Source: Candidatus Eiseniibacteriota bacterium (GTDB lineage Bacteria; Eisenbacteria; RBG-16-71-46; CAIMUX01; JAHJDP01). From it: 64,000 nt of DNA. The position numbers and the translations under genes are program-made. Under the pieces are notes generated by a model. It worked only from the letters and a program-made list of their open reading frames with translations, did no database searches and was not told the DNA's origin. The stretch spans positions 4,758 to 68,757 of the forward strand of contig JAHJDP010000104.1 in NCBI GenBank assembly GCA_018831195.1, read 5' to 3'. Shown here one piece after another: positions 9,210-17,529 of this stretch. Within the stretch, counting starts at the first letter, position 1. The number at the start of each line of letters is the position of its first letter.

Positions 9210-10182
9210 AAGATCGCGGCAGACCGCTGATCTCCTCTCTGGTTACATAACGGCCCCGGGCGCGGCTTCCCCCCGGGGCTTTTGCGCCTTTAACAATGTT
9301 GAGGATCATCCTGCGATTCATGATCGAATGACGGATGGTTCCCAGGCCGTCTTTTCGTGTGGACCGGGCCTCTTCGGAGCCGGCCCGCATGGGGAAGCAC
9401 CACAGGCCCTGGAGCGCCCCGCCATCCGTCTTGCGTTCCAGCAGGTACCGGCCCCGCTTGTCCCGGATGATCAGAACATCCTGATATTCTTCGACGACCG
9501 GCGCTCGTTTCGCCGGAGGCGGAAAATCACTTATACAATTTTCCTTAAAAGCTCCGCATCCGTCGCGCAGGGGGCATCGGGCGCAGGCGGGTTGCTGCGG
9601 GTGACAGATCGTCGCCCCTAATTCCATCATCGCCTGATTCAAATCGCCGGGATGGCGAGGATTCAAAAATCCCCGGGCGGTATCCAGCAATTGCCGGCGG
9701 ACCGCGACCCGGCGGGCATCGCCCGGGATCAAAGCCCAGCGCGAGAGGAGCCGGGCGACATTGCCGTCGAGAACCGGGACCATTTCACCGAAGGCGATGC
9801 TCGCCACCGCGGCGGCGGTGTAGCATCCCACGCCGGGGAGTTTCTGCAGCTCGGCGGCCGTGACCGGCCATCCCTCCGGGCGGCGGTGGATCTCTTGCGC
9901 CGCCTGGTGCAGCATCCGAGCCCGCCGGTAGTAACCCAATCCGGCCCAAGCGGCCAAGACCTCATCCTCATCGGCCCCGGCCAGGGTCTCCAAAGTGGGG
10001 AAGAGCTGAAGGAATTTTTCATAAACGGGAATGACAGTCTGCACGGTCGTTTGCTGTAACATGATTTCCGACAATAGGATACAGTAGGGATTCCCGGCTT
10101 CGCTCCGCCAGGGCATCTCTCGCCGCTGTCGCCGGTACCAGGTCAGAAGCTTTTGCCGGTGCCTTCCCGCCGTCATTTTCAT
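9178..10182 (-). CDS. mutY: A/G-specific adenine DNA glycosylase MutY
   Basis: 334 aa with LL.WY....R.MPWR, the HhH-GPD segment, the Fe-S loop CHPQQPACARCPLRDGC, and a C-terminal NUDIX-like domain. GAAGGGA lies upstream of ATG 10182. Confidence 0.9.
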   Translation of the reverse strand: MKMTAGRHRQKLLTWYRRQRREMPWRSEAGNPYCILLSEIMLQQTTVQTVIPVYEKFLQLFPTLETLAGADEDEVLAAWAGLGYYRRARMLHQAAQEIHRRPEGWPVTAAELQKLPGVGCYTAAAVASIAFGEMVPVLDGNVARLLSRWALIPGDARRVAVRRQLLDTARGFLNPRHPGDLNQAMMELGATICHPQQPACARCPLRDGCGAFKENCISDFPPPAKRAPVVEEYQDVLIIRDKRGRYLLERKTDGGALQGLWCFPMRAGSEEARSTRKDGLGTIRHSIMNRRMILNIVKGAKAPGGSRARGRYVTREEISGLPRSSIVDKVLRLL

Positions 10183-10258
10183 GAATTTCCCTTCTTCGGT
10201 GCGGCTTCATCCTTAAGGGTGCCTGATTTTATGACGATGAGTCCAGTGGGAGCGAAAG

Positions 10259-10981
10259 ATGAATCAAATGTATCATATTCTCGTATCGACAAAGCGTTCT
10301 CCGGGCATCGTCATGGATGCCTTGGGGATCAATGTCCAAATCCACTTCGCGCAGGATACCGAGGGAAGTCTTGATATGGCGGCGAGTTTGCGCCCGCATG
10401 CCGCTATCATTGATATCACCGATCTTCAGTTCTCGAATCCTGATTATATCCGCCTGATGCGCCGGAACCTCAAGCCCTCGGTCCCGCTGATTGGATGGGC
10501 TGATGAGAAGACATCCAACTTGAAGCTGGGCAAACTTCTCAGGGCGGGCTTGTGGGATATCTGGATGTGGTCCGACTCCCAGGATTTAAATCAAAAACGA
10601 CTCACCAGGCTGTTGGAACTCTGTCGAAAGCGCCGCAAGCTCAAGAGCGCCCGAAGAGAGAGAAGGATGGCCCAAAAGGCCCTCGTTCGGTTCCTATCCC
10701 GCTTTGAAGAGACGTTGGTGCATCCGCTGGATAGCCTTGAAGCCCATCTGCTGCTGCTGTACGCCGATACCCGGCGGGATTCGGCGCCAGCGGTCCGTAC
10801 GCTGGACCAAATCGCGATCCAGCATCAGGAAATCCGCCAAACTCTGCTCCGTATCCGAAAATTGACACGGACTCTCTCACTTTCCGACGCCACTGAAGAA
10901 GTCTTCCCCGAGAATCTCGAAGAGACGCCGGCGGAAGCCCCCTTTGCCAGAAACCAGGTTCGGATAGATCCCCAGGGCTGA
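10259..10981 (+). CDS. hypothetical protein: degenerate receiver-like domain plus degenerate DHp/H-box-like helix
   Basis: 240 aa with GGGAG 7 nt upstream. The N-terminus has a CheY-like alternation, but STKR replaces the acidic pocket. The C-terminus has a basic coiled coil followed by FLSRFEETLVHPLDSL, which resembles a HisKA H-box with Glu at the His position. There is no ATPase domain. Confidence 0.45.
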   Translation: MNQMYHILVSTKRSPGIVMDALGINVQIHFAQDTEGSLDMAASLRPHAAIIDITDLQFSNPDYIRLMRRNLKPSVPLIGWADEKTSNLKLGKLLRAGLWDIWMWSDSQDLNQKRLTRLLELCRKRRKLKSARRERRMAQKALVRFLSRFEETLVHPLDSLEAHLLLLYADTRRDSAPAVRTLDQIAIQHQEIRQTLLRIRKLTRTLSLSDATEEVFPENLEETPAEAPFARNQVRIDPQG

Positions 10982-11010
10982 TCTCCGTATTCTCCCCTCA
11001 CCCTGTCACC

Positions 11011-11039
11011 TTGACAGCCGGCCGGACTCTTTCTAGACT
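11011..11039 (+). promoter_or_regulatory. sigma70-like promoter for the 11125 lipoprotein gene
   Basis: TTGACA (11011-11016), a 17-nt spacer, then TAGACT (11034-11039). The TTG that opens the tracked ORF at 11011 is the -35 element itself. Confidence 0.45.
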
Positions 11040-11124
11040 CCCGGCTGTGGCCAGATATTTTCCTCCTAAGCGAATTTTTCGGGGATGGGCCGGTGGAGTG
11101 GTCTGGGGAAAGGATGTTGAAACG

Positions 11125-11730
11125 ATGCAAAGATTCCGGATTCGGGACAAGAGGCTTTGGATGTTGGGTCTTTTGGTCATCCTCCTGGTATCCTCCGGCT
11201 GCTCGAAGGAAGGCACCGTCAATGTGGTCAATATGACCGATTACACTATTTCGGTTCAAATCATGCAGGAAGACGCCCAGAAGATCCTTGCCGGTGCGAC
11301 CTTGACCGAAACGGTGAAAATCTCAAAGGGTTTTGTTCCCCCGTCGGAGCGGGAGATTGAAGTGAGCGGCATGGGTATCGTCAAAAACGAATTTTCCGAA
11401 CGGATGATCGTTAAGGACGGCGGGGAAGTGAGCTTCATCATCGAGCCTGACGCCGCCGGGTTGATTGTCATTAACGACCTGGAATGTTCAACCCGAGAGA
11501 CCTATATCAAGAAATGCGATGTCGGGCAGTGGGGCGATAATCAGCTGGACTACAATCTTCGCCCCGAGGGCACGCGGTCTTTTCGCCTTGAGCCGGGGTG
11601 TTACGATGTGCGGATCAAATCGGGACCCTGTCCGGAGAATGTCTTCGCGCGCGATTATCTGGCGCAGAATTTTCAACTCGGAGTGGTTGATACGATCCAC
11701 TTCCGCTTGACCGGTAAAGCAGACGACTAA
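11125..11730 (+). CDS. hypothetical lipoprotein
   Basis: ORF 11011-11730. I moved the start to ATG 11125, giving MQRFRIRDKRLWMLGLLVILLVSSGC (lipobox LVSSGC), with GGGGAAAGG upstream. I recognise no family. Confidence 0.6.
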   Translation: MQRFRIRDKRLWMLGLLVILLVSSGCSKEGTVNVVNMTDYTISVQIMQEDAQKILAGATLTETVKISKGFVPPSEREIEVSGMGIVKNEFSERMIVKDGGEVSFIIEPDAAGLIVINDLECSTRETYIKKCDVGQWGDNQLDYNLRPEGTRSFRLEPGCYDVRIKSGPCPENVFARDYLAQNFQLGVVDTIHFRLTGKADD

Positions 11731-11731
11731 T

Positions 11732-13357
11732 CTAGCCCCGTCGATACACACATTTCCCGCCGACCCAGGTCTCTTCGACCTGGGTTTTGCGTATGCTGGA
11801 AGCCGGTTCAGTCAATGGATCGGTATCACAGAGGACGAAATCGGCCCAGCAGCCTTCTTGGAGACGGCCCAAGCGATCTTCGAGAAAGGCCGCCTGCGCC
11901 GCGCCGGTCGTTGCGGCCCCCAAAGCCTCTGCTGGAGTTAAACATTCATGGGGCAGCCACCCCCCCTTTGGATTTCCATCAGCATCCTGCCGCGAGATTC
12001 CGGCCGCGAGGCCCGGGAAGGGGTTGGGGGATTCAATCGGCGCGTCGCTTCCCTGCGCCAGCCGGGCCCCCGCTCGGGAGATGGATCTCCAGGCATAGGC
12101 GCCGGGGAGACGTCCGCGGCCGATGCGGTTCGCGACCCAGGTCCAATCCGATGTGGCATGTGTAAATTGCATCGACGCGACGACACCCAATGCAGCAAAC
12201 CGGCCGATATCACCGGGCGCGATGATCTGTGCATGCTCGATCCGGTGCCGGGGATCGCGGCCGGGCTTGCCGCCGAGGATTTCTGCGCCCAAGATCTTTT
12301 CATAAAGATCGAGCAGGAGATGGTTGGCCCGATCGCCGATGGCGTGAACGGCGCATTGAAAGCCGGCTCGATGAATCCGGCGGAGAAGGGTTTCCAAAGA
12401 ATCGGCCTCCATCATCAAGAGGCCCCGCGTTCCGGGTTCGTCGGCGTAGGGCTCTAATAGGGCCGCGCCGCGTGAGCCGAGGGCGCCGTCGGCGTACAGC
12501 TTTACGGCGCGAATGATCAGCCTATCGGCGGAATCCAGAAGCGGTCCGCGAAGGAGCCACTCATCCAGCAATCCCGCCTCGGATCCCTCGATCATCACAT
12601 AGGCTCGGATCGGGAGGCGGTTCGTGGTGCGGAGCGATTGATAAATTTCCAAACCAAGGTGATCGGCGCCGGCATCATGCACCATTGTTAAACCGTACCG
12701 GGCGCACTCAGCCAGCCCCTTCTCCACACGGCGCCGTCGGACGGCGGCGGCCGGCGCGGGGATGTGGAAATTGACGAGGGACATCGCCTCATCGATTAAG
12801 ACACCCAAAACTTCGCCCGCGGAGGTTTTAAGAATCCGCCCTCCCGCGGGTTCGGCTGTCGTCTTTGTGATACTTCCGATATCCAGCGCTTTTTGATTTA
12901 CGAGAGCCGCATGCCCGTCGATGCGCCGCAGGTAGACCGGGTGGGCGGGTGATACCGCTGAAAGAGCCCGATGATCCGGCATGCGGGATTCCGGCCAATT
13001 GTTCTGATCCCAACCCCGGCCGTGTATCCAATTCCCAGGAGGTGCGGCGGCCGCGGCGGCCGCGACCATTTGTATAAGTTCCTCGTAGGAAGTCGATCCG
13101 ACAAAGTTCAATTCCTCAAGTGACCGGCCTAATCCTTCGACGTGCAAATGGGCGTCGATCAGTCCGGGAAGGACCGTGCATCCCTTGAGGTCACGGACGA
13201 CGGCTCCGGTTTTGTAAATCGCGGGGAGCTCTTCCCGCCGCCCGATCCACCGGATCTTTTCATGCCCCACCACCATCGCTTCAGCCCGTGGAATGTCATG
13301 GTTATTTGTAATAATGCGGCCGTTGGTGAAGATCCAAACGGGCGGCTCGGCGGCCAT
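11732..13357 (-). CDS. amidohydrolase-family metal-dependent hydrolase (Amidohydro_3 / YtcJ-like)
   Basis: 541 aa with LPGLIDAHLHVEGLG (the HxH metal site), KLYADGALGSRGA, AVHAIGD and GSDAPIE. Confidence 0.8.
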   Translation of the reverse strand: MAAEPPVWIFTNGRIITNNHDIPRAEAMVVGHEKIRWIGRREELPAIYKTGAVVRDLKGCTVLPGLIDAHLHVEGLGRSLEELNFVGSTSYEELIQMVAAAAAAAPPGNWIHGRGWDQNNWPESRMPDHRALSAVSPAHPVYLRRIDGHAALVNQKALDIGSITKTTAEPAGGRILKTSAGEVLGVLIDEAMSLVNFHIPAPAAAVRRRRVEKGLAECARYGLTMVHDAGADHLGLEIYQSLRTTNRLPIRAYVMIEGSEAGLLDEWLLRGPLLDSADRLIIRAVKLYADGALGSRGAALLEPYADEPGTRGLLMMEADSLETLLRRIHRAGFQCAVHAIGDRANHLLLDLYEKILGAEILGGKPGRDPRHRIEHAQIIAPGDIGRFAALGVVASMQFTHATSDWTWVANRIGRGRLPGAYAWRSISRAGARLAQGSDAPIESPNPFPGLAAGISRQDADGNPKGGWLPHECLTPAEALGAATTGAAQAAFLEDRLGRLQEGCWADFVLCDTDPLTEPASSIRKTQVEETWVGGKCVYRRG

Positions 13358-13417
13358 GATCTGTCCTCCATGCGGAAGGATGAGGTACTCCCAATCAAGG
13401 TTGTGATAAGTCGGGTC

Positions 13418-13618
13418 TTAATCTTCCGGTTTGGATTTTCTCGCTCGCAAGAGGAGCAAGATCCAGATAACAGCGCCGACCGTAAAAATGCCGGCCGAGA
13501 TAAAATCAGTGGGCCGGTGGACTCCATTAATAATGGACAACCATTTGGCTATAGCGGCAAGAAAAAGGGCGACGGCGGTGAAAGCCGTGAGTAGTGGATG
13601 AGTTTTAATATGGCGCAT
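13418..13618 (-). CDS. small two-TM membrane protein, translationally coupled to ispH
   Basis: ORF 13418-13624. ATG 13618 (MRHIKTHPLL...) is preceded by AGGAGG plus 6 nt, and this SD lies inside the ispH 3' end. There are two hydrophobic helices and a basic tail. Confidence 0.6.
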   Translation of the reverse strand: MRHIKTHPLLTAFTAVALFLAAIAKWLSIINGVHRPTDFISAGIFTVGAVIWILLLLRARKSKPED

Positions 13619-13620
13619 GC

Positions 13621-14850
13621 TCAACCTCCTGACGGTTTTAAATAATCTTCACAACTCAATCCTTTGAATTTCAGTATCAGTTCGATGACGCGGCCGACCT
13701 GCCGATCGGGTGTCGAGGCGCCGGCGGTCAAGCCGACCCGCAGATCCCGGCCGGGCAGCCAATTCTTCGTAATGACCGTCTCGGCGGCGCCGACGGGGAG
13801 ATGGCGGATGGCGTCGGCTCCCAGAAGATCCCGCGCACCCTCGACATGATATGTAGGCACGGTCCGATGTGAAATCTCCGCGAGGTGGCCGGTATTGCTG
13901 CTGTTATGTCCGCCGATGACGATCAACAAATCGAGTTTTTGTTTGAGGAGCTCTTCCACGGCATCCTGCCGGTCCTGTGTCGCGCTGCAAATTGTCTCAA
14001 AACTGCGATAGTGCTCGCCGAGTTTATCCATTCCATAGCGATCCGCCATGGCTTCCCGGAGGATTCCGCCCACGGCCAATGATTCACTGCTCAGCATGGT
14101 GGTTTGATTGGCCAGGCCGATCTTCTCCATATCGCGCAGGGGATCAAACCCGGGGCTGATCTGTTGATGGAATGTGCCGAGAAATTCCCGCGGATTCAGC
14201 CGGTCGCGGATCATCTCCGCCGCGATCCGGGCCTCATTGAGATCCAGCAGGACGAGATAGCGGCCGCCCGGAATTTTAAGTATCTGGCTGCAGGCCGCCC
14301 GTGTTTCCGCATGGTAGTGTTTCCCGTGGATAACGGCGGTGTACCCATCCCGCGCATACTTCTCAACACTCTTCCAGACGAGGAGCACCGACCCGCAGGT
14401 TGTATCTACAATTGTACAACCCAGTTCCTCCAGACGATCCACATCTTCCCGTTCCGCGCCGAAAGCGGGAAGGAGAACGACATCACCGGGACCGATTCCC
14501 TCCAGCCGGTCGGGGTCTTCGTCTTTTTGCGGGAGGTATTTGACCCCCAGGCTTCGAAGGCGTTCGTTCACCCGGGGATTGTGAATGACATCCCCGGTGA
14601 TGAAGATCCGGCGGTCGGGAAAACGCCGGCAGGTCTCATAGGCATATCCCAGCGCCCGATCGACGCCGTAACAGAATCCGAATTCACGCGCCAGGAGCAG
14701 GGTGAGACCCGGGGCTTCCAGGCTGTAACCGCGGGTTTTCAACGCCTCGACGAGTCCGCTGTGGAAATCGTCGGCCAGCACGCCGGCCACCTGATCCTTA
14801 TGGCCGAGGCCCTTGTTATAGATGCGGCCCTTAATCGGAGTTTCTCCCAT
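13621..14850 (-). CDS. ispH: 4-hydroxy-3-methylbut-2-enyl diphosphate reductase IspH, long (cyanobacterial/plant-type) form
   Basis: 409 aa with AGGAGG upstream. It has GFCYGVDRAL and the other IspH blocks. It also has the N-terminal YNKGLGHKD....L...GY extension typical of the long form. Confidence 0.9.
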   Translation of the reverse strand: MGETPIKGRIYNKGLGHKDQVAGVLADDFHSGLVEALKTRGYSLEAPGLTLLLAREFGFCYGVDRALGYAYETCRRFPDRRIFITGDVIHNPRVNERLRSLGVKYLPQKDEDPDRLEGIGPGDVVLLPAFGAEREDVDRLEELGCTIVDTTCGSVLLVWKSVEKYARDGYTAVIHGKHYHAETRAACSQILKIPGGRYLVLLDLNEARIAAEMIRDRLNPREFLGTFHQQISPGFDPLRDMEKIGLANQTTMLSSESLAVGGILREAMADRYGMDKLGEHYRSFETICSATQDRQDAVEELLKQKLDLLIVIGGHNSSNTGHLAEISHRTVPTYHVEGARDLLGADAIRHLPVGAAETVITKNWLPGRDLRVGLTAGASTPDRQVGRVIELILKFKGLSCEDYLKPSGG

Positions 14851-14962
14851 GCTTCATCCTCCTTTTCGGGTCCAACTGGGAAGTCTATCATAGGTTCATC
14901 GGCTCTTGACAAGGAACCGGTTACGGGATGCTCTAAAGATCGTATGGAGGATGGATTCCGAG

Positions 14963-15613
14963 ATGAAAATCAGAATAGCCGGCATGGCCCTTTTTTTATG
15001 TATTCCGTTGGTCCTCTATCTCTATCTCGCGCAGCCTCTCGGCGTGCTTCCGAGCCTCGGTCTCGGTGTGCTGATCATGATCGGCCACCGCTTTCTGGCG
15101 TCCCCTTTCTCCGCGCGCCACCGGCCGCGCCGATGTTTATGGTGCGGGCGTTCTATCCCGATCGCCCAGGTGAGCCTCGCCCTTCCGGTTCAGGGCGGGA
15201 AGGAGATTTCCTATAAATTTTGTCCCCCCTCGTCCGCTGACTGCCGGGTGCGCTGGATTGGACTGCACCGTCTCGTCCTGCGCCATAAGCATCTCATTCA
15301 ATTTGGGATCTTTATTCCGGTGCTGGCTTATCTGGTTCTCGAGACCGCCCGGGGGGCCGGCCACCCGCAGATTCCCCATGAAGTGTCGCTCGCCCTTTTC
15401 AAGGGGATCATCGCCGCGACCGTCGTGTCGGTTTCTTTTGGCTACCTTTCGCATCGGCCGGAAGAAGACAATTCGATCCCCCCGCCGGCGCCCTTTCCTT
15501 TTCCGCTTCACAATTTGAGCCTGCTCGGTGCAGGATGGACACTGTGGATCTTCCGTATCGTTGGAATGGGATGGATCCTTCAATTGATCAATAGGATGAT
15601 CAGGATTTTTTAA
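14963..15613 (+). CDS. hypothetical polytopic membrane protein with an internal four-Cys (zinc-ribbon-like) loop
   Basis: ORF 14906-15613. The start is uncertain: TTG 14906, ATG 14951 or ATG 14963 (MKIRIAGMALFL...). Several TM helices are present. The loop reads RRCLWCGRS...(26 aa)...CPPSSADC. Confidence 0.5.
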   Translation: MKIRIAGMALFLCIPLVLYLYLAQPLGVLPSLGLGVLIMIGHRFLASPFSARHRPRRCLWCGRSIPIAQVSLALPVQGGKEISYKFCPPSSADCRVRWIGLHRLVLRHKHLIQFGIFIPVLAYLVLETARGAGHPQIPHEVSLALFKGIIAATVVSVSFGYLSHRPEEDNSIPPPAPFPFPLHNLSLLGAGWTLWIFRIVGMGWILQLINRMIRIF

Positions 15614-15626
15614 ATAGGGGGAAAGA

Positions 15627-16511
15627 TTGAATCAGACCGCCCATCGTTCCGGTTATGTCGCCATCGCCGGTATTCCGAATGCCGGGAAAAGCACCTTGCT
15701 CAACGCGCTTGTCAAGACAAGATTGGCCGCCGTGACGCCAAAGCCGCAGACAACCCGCCGCCGCACCTTGGGGATCCTTTCCGCCGACGATTATCAAATG
15801 ATTTTTGTGGACACACCGGGTGTCCTGCGGCCGCGGGATGCAATGGAAGTGGCGATGGAAAGGGTGATTCATCAAGCTTTGGATGACGCCGATGTCGTGC
15901 TCTATCTCGTCGACGCCACCCATCCCCGGCCCGTTCCGATTGTCGAGGAGAAGTCCCACAAAAAAACCACCGTGGTTGCATTGAACAAAGTTGATGAATT
16001 AAAAAAACGGGAGGATCTGCTGCCGGTTATTGACCGGATGAAGGAAAAAGGATCGTACAAAGAGTTTATCCCGATCTCGGCGCTCAAGGGCACCAATCTT
16101 GATCTCTTGGTCAAGACGCTGGTCGATCTTCTTCCGGAAGGACCCGCCTTCTACCCGGCCGATCATCTGACGGAACAGCCGGAAAAGTTCTTTGTCGCCG
16201 AGTTGATCCGCGAACAGATATTTCTTCAGTACCGGCAGGAGATCCCCTACGGCGCCGAAGTGATCATCGAAGAGTTTCACGAGCATCAGGGAAGGAAGGA
16301 TGTCATTAAGGCGATGATCATTGTGGAGAGCGATTCGCAGAAAGGAATCCTTATCGGCAAGGGCGGGCGCGAAATTAAAAAACTCGGCATCGCCTCCCGC
16401 GAAACGGTGGAGTCTTTTCTGGAACGTCCGGTTTTTCTGGAGCTTCGCGTAAAAACCATGGCAAAATGGCGGAAAGATCCGAAGACATTGAAACGCCTTG
16501 GATATTCTTGA
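15627..16511 (+). CDS. era: GTPase Era
   Basis: 294 aa with a TTG start after GGGGGAAAG. G1 is GIPNAGKSTLLNAL, G3 is DTPG, G4 is NKVD, and a C-terminal KH domain (VESDSQKGILIGKGG..IK) follows. Confidence 0.93.
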   Translation: MNQTAHRSGYVAIAGIPNAGKSTLLNALVKTRLAAVTPKPQTTRRRTLGILSADDYQMIFVDTPGVLRPRDAMEVAMERVIHQALDDADVVLYLVDATHPRPVPIVEEKSHKKTTVVALNKVDELKKREDLLPVIDRMKEKGSYKEFIPISALKGTNLDLLVKTLVDLLPEGPAFYPADHLTEQPEKFFVAELIREQIFLQYRQEIPYGAEVIIEEFHEHQGRKDVIKAMIIVESDSQKGILIGKGGREIKKLGIASRETVESFLERPVFLELRVKTMAKWRKDPKTLKRLGYS

Positions 16512-16537
16512 CGGGACATCATTGAGAGGAGCAGAGC

Positions 16538-17515
16538 GTGTCCACAAAAACCAGCGCCTTAAAAAACACTTTCAGCTGGTCGCATTCCAGAAAGCGTCTT
16601 TTTGATGATTGTCCGAGGGCTTATTACTTCCGTTATTACGGATCCTGGGAAGGGTGGTTGCATGACGCCCCGCCTCTGGCGCGGGCGTTATACATTTTAA
16701 AGCAATTGAAGTCGCGGCAGATGTGGGCGGGGAGTGTTGTTCACGAGGCCGTGGAGGATCATCTTCGCAAGGTTCGCAGCGGGATCACCGGCATGATAGA
16801 ACCCGATCTTCTCGCCGAAAGGGTTATCAAGGATCGTTTGAGGCCGCAATTCCGCGAAAGCAAGGATGGTCTTTACCTGCAAGACGCAAAAAATCGAACG
16901 GGTTTGCTGGAACATCACTATGCCCAGCCGGTATCGAATGAAATGTGGAAGGCTTTGGCCGAGGATGTAAAGAAAGCGTTGCGGAATTTTGTTGAAAACT
17001 ATCTCGGGCTGGCCCTGGATCTCGCCGAAGAGGACTGGCTGCTGCTTGAAGATTTACATTCTTTCGAACTGGAAGACGTTCCTGTCTGGGTGAAGTGCGA
17101 TTTTGCGTTCCGGGACAAGCAGGGCCGCGTGGTCATTGTCGATTGGAAAACGGGGAAAAAGGTGCCCGAGCCGGGCAGCTTTCAGCTCGGTTGCTACGGC
17201 CTCTATGCGGTGGACCGCTGGGGGCTCGATCCGTCGGATGTCCGTGTTCTGGAAATCAACTTGACCATCGGAAAAGAGGCTTCGGCTGTTATACAAAAAG
17301 AAGACTTGGAAAAGACGGCAGAAGAGATTACGGCCAGCATTCGCCATCTGAAAGGCCTTCTCCGGGATCCCGAGATAAATGGTGCGGATAGTGACGATTT
17401 TAAAGCGCGGCCGAGCAAAAGAATGTGCCATTGGTGCTCGTTTCTGGAGGCCTGCGAAGAAGGCCGGGCATGCGTTCCGCTGGCCGGGGGCCGCCGCTTG
17501 GAGATGTTGAGCTAG
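16538..17515 (+). CDS. PD-(D/E)XK nuclease with Cas4/AddB-type four-cysteine Fe-S cluster signature
   Basis: 325 aa with a GTG start 7 nt after GAGGAG. It has an N-terminal Cys (FDDCPRAYYF), CDFAF...VVIVDWKTGK (D...DxK), QLGCY (QxxxY), and a C-terminal CHWCSFLEAC (CxxCx5C). Confidence 0.75.
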   Translation: MSTKTSALKNTFSWSHSRKRLFDDCPRAYYFRYYGSWEGWLHDAPPLARALYILKQLKSRQMWAGSVVHEAVEDHLRKVRSGITGMIEPDLLAERVIKDRLRPQFRESKDGLYLQDAKNRTGLLEHHYAQPVSNEMWKALAEDVKKALRNFVENYLGLALDLAEEDWLLLEDLHSFELEDVPVWVKCDFAFRDKQGRVVIVDWKTGKKVPEPGSFQLGCYGLYAVDRWGLDPSDVRVLEINLTIGKEASAVIQKEDLEKTAEEITASIRHLKGLLRDPEINGADSDDFKARPSKRMCHWCSFLEACEEGRACVPLAGGRRLEMLS

Positions 17516-17529
17516 GGACGTCTGCGCCG

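Noticed and set aside
14104-15216. 370-aa ORF on the + strand
   Set aside because: It lies almost entirely antisense to the strongly supported ispH gene. Its composition is Arg/Pro/Gly-rich, with no motif I recognise and no RBS. This is typical of a shadow ORF in GC-rich DNA.
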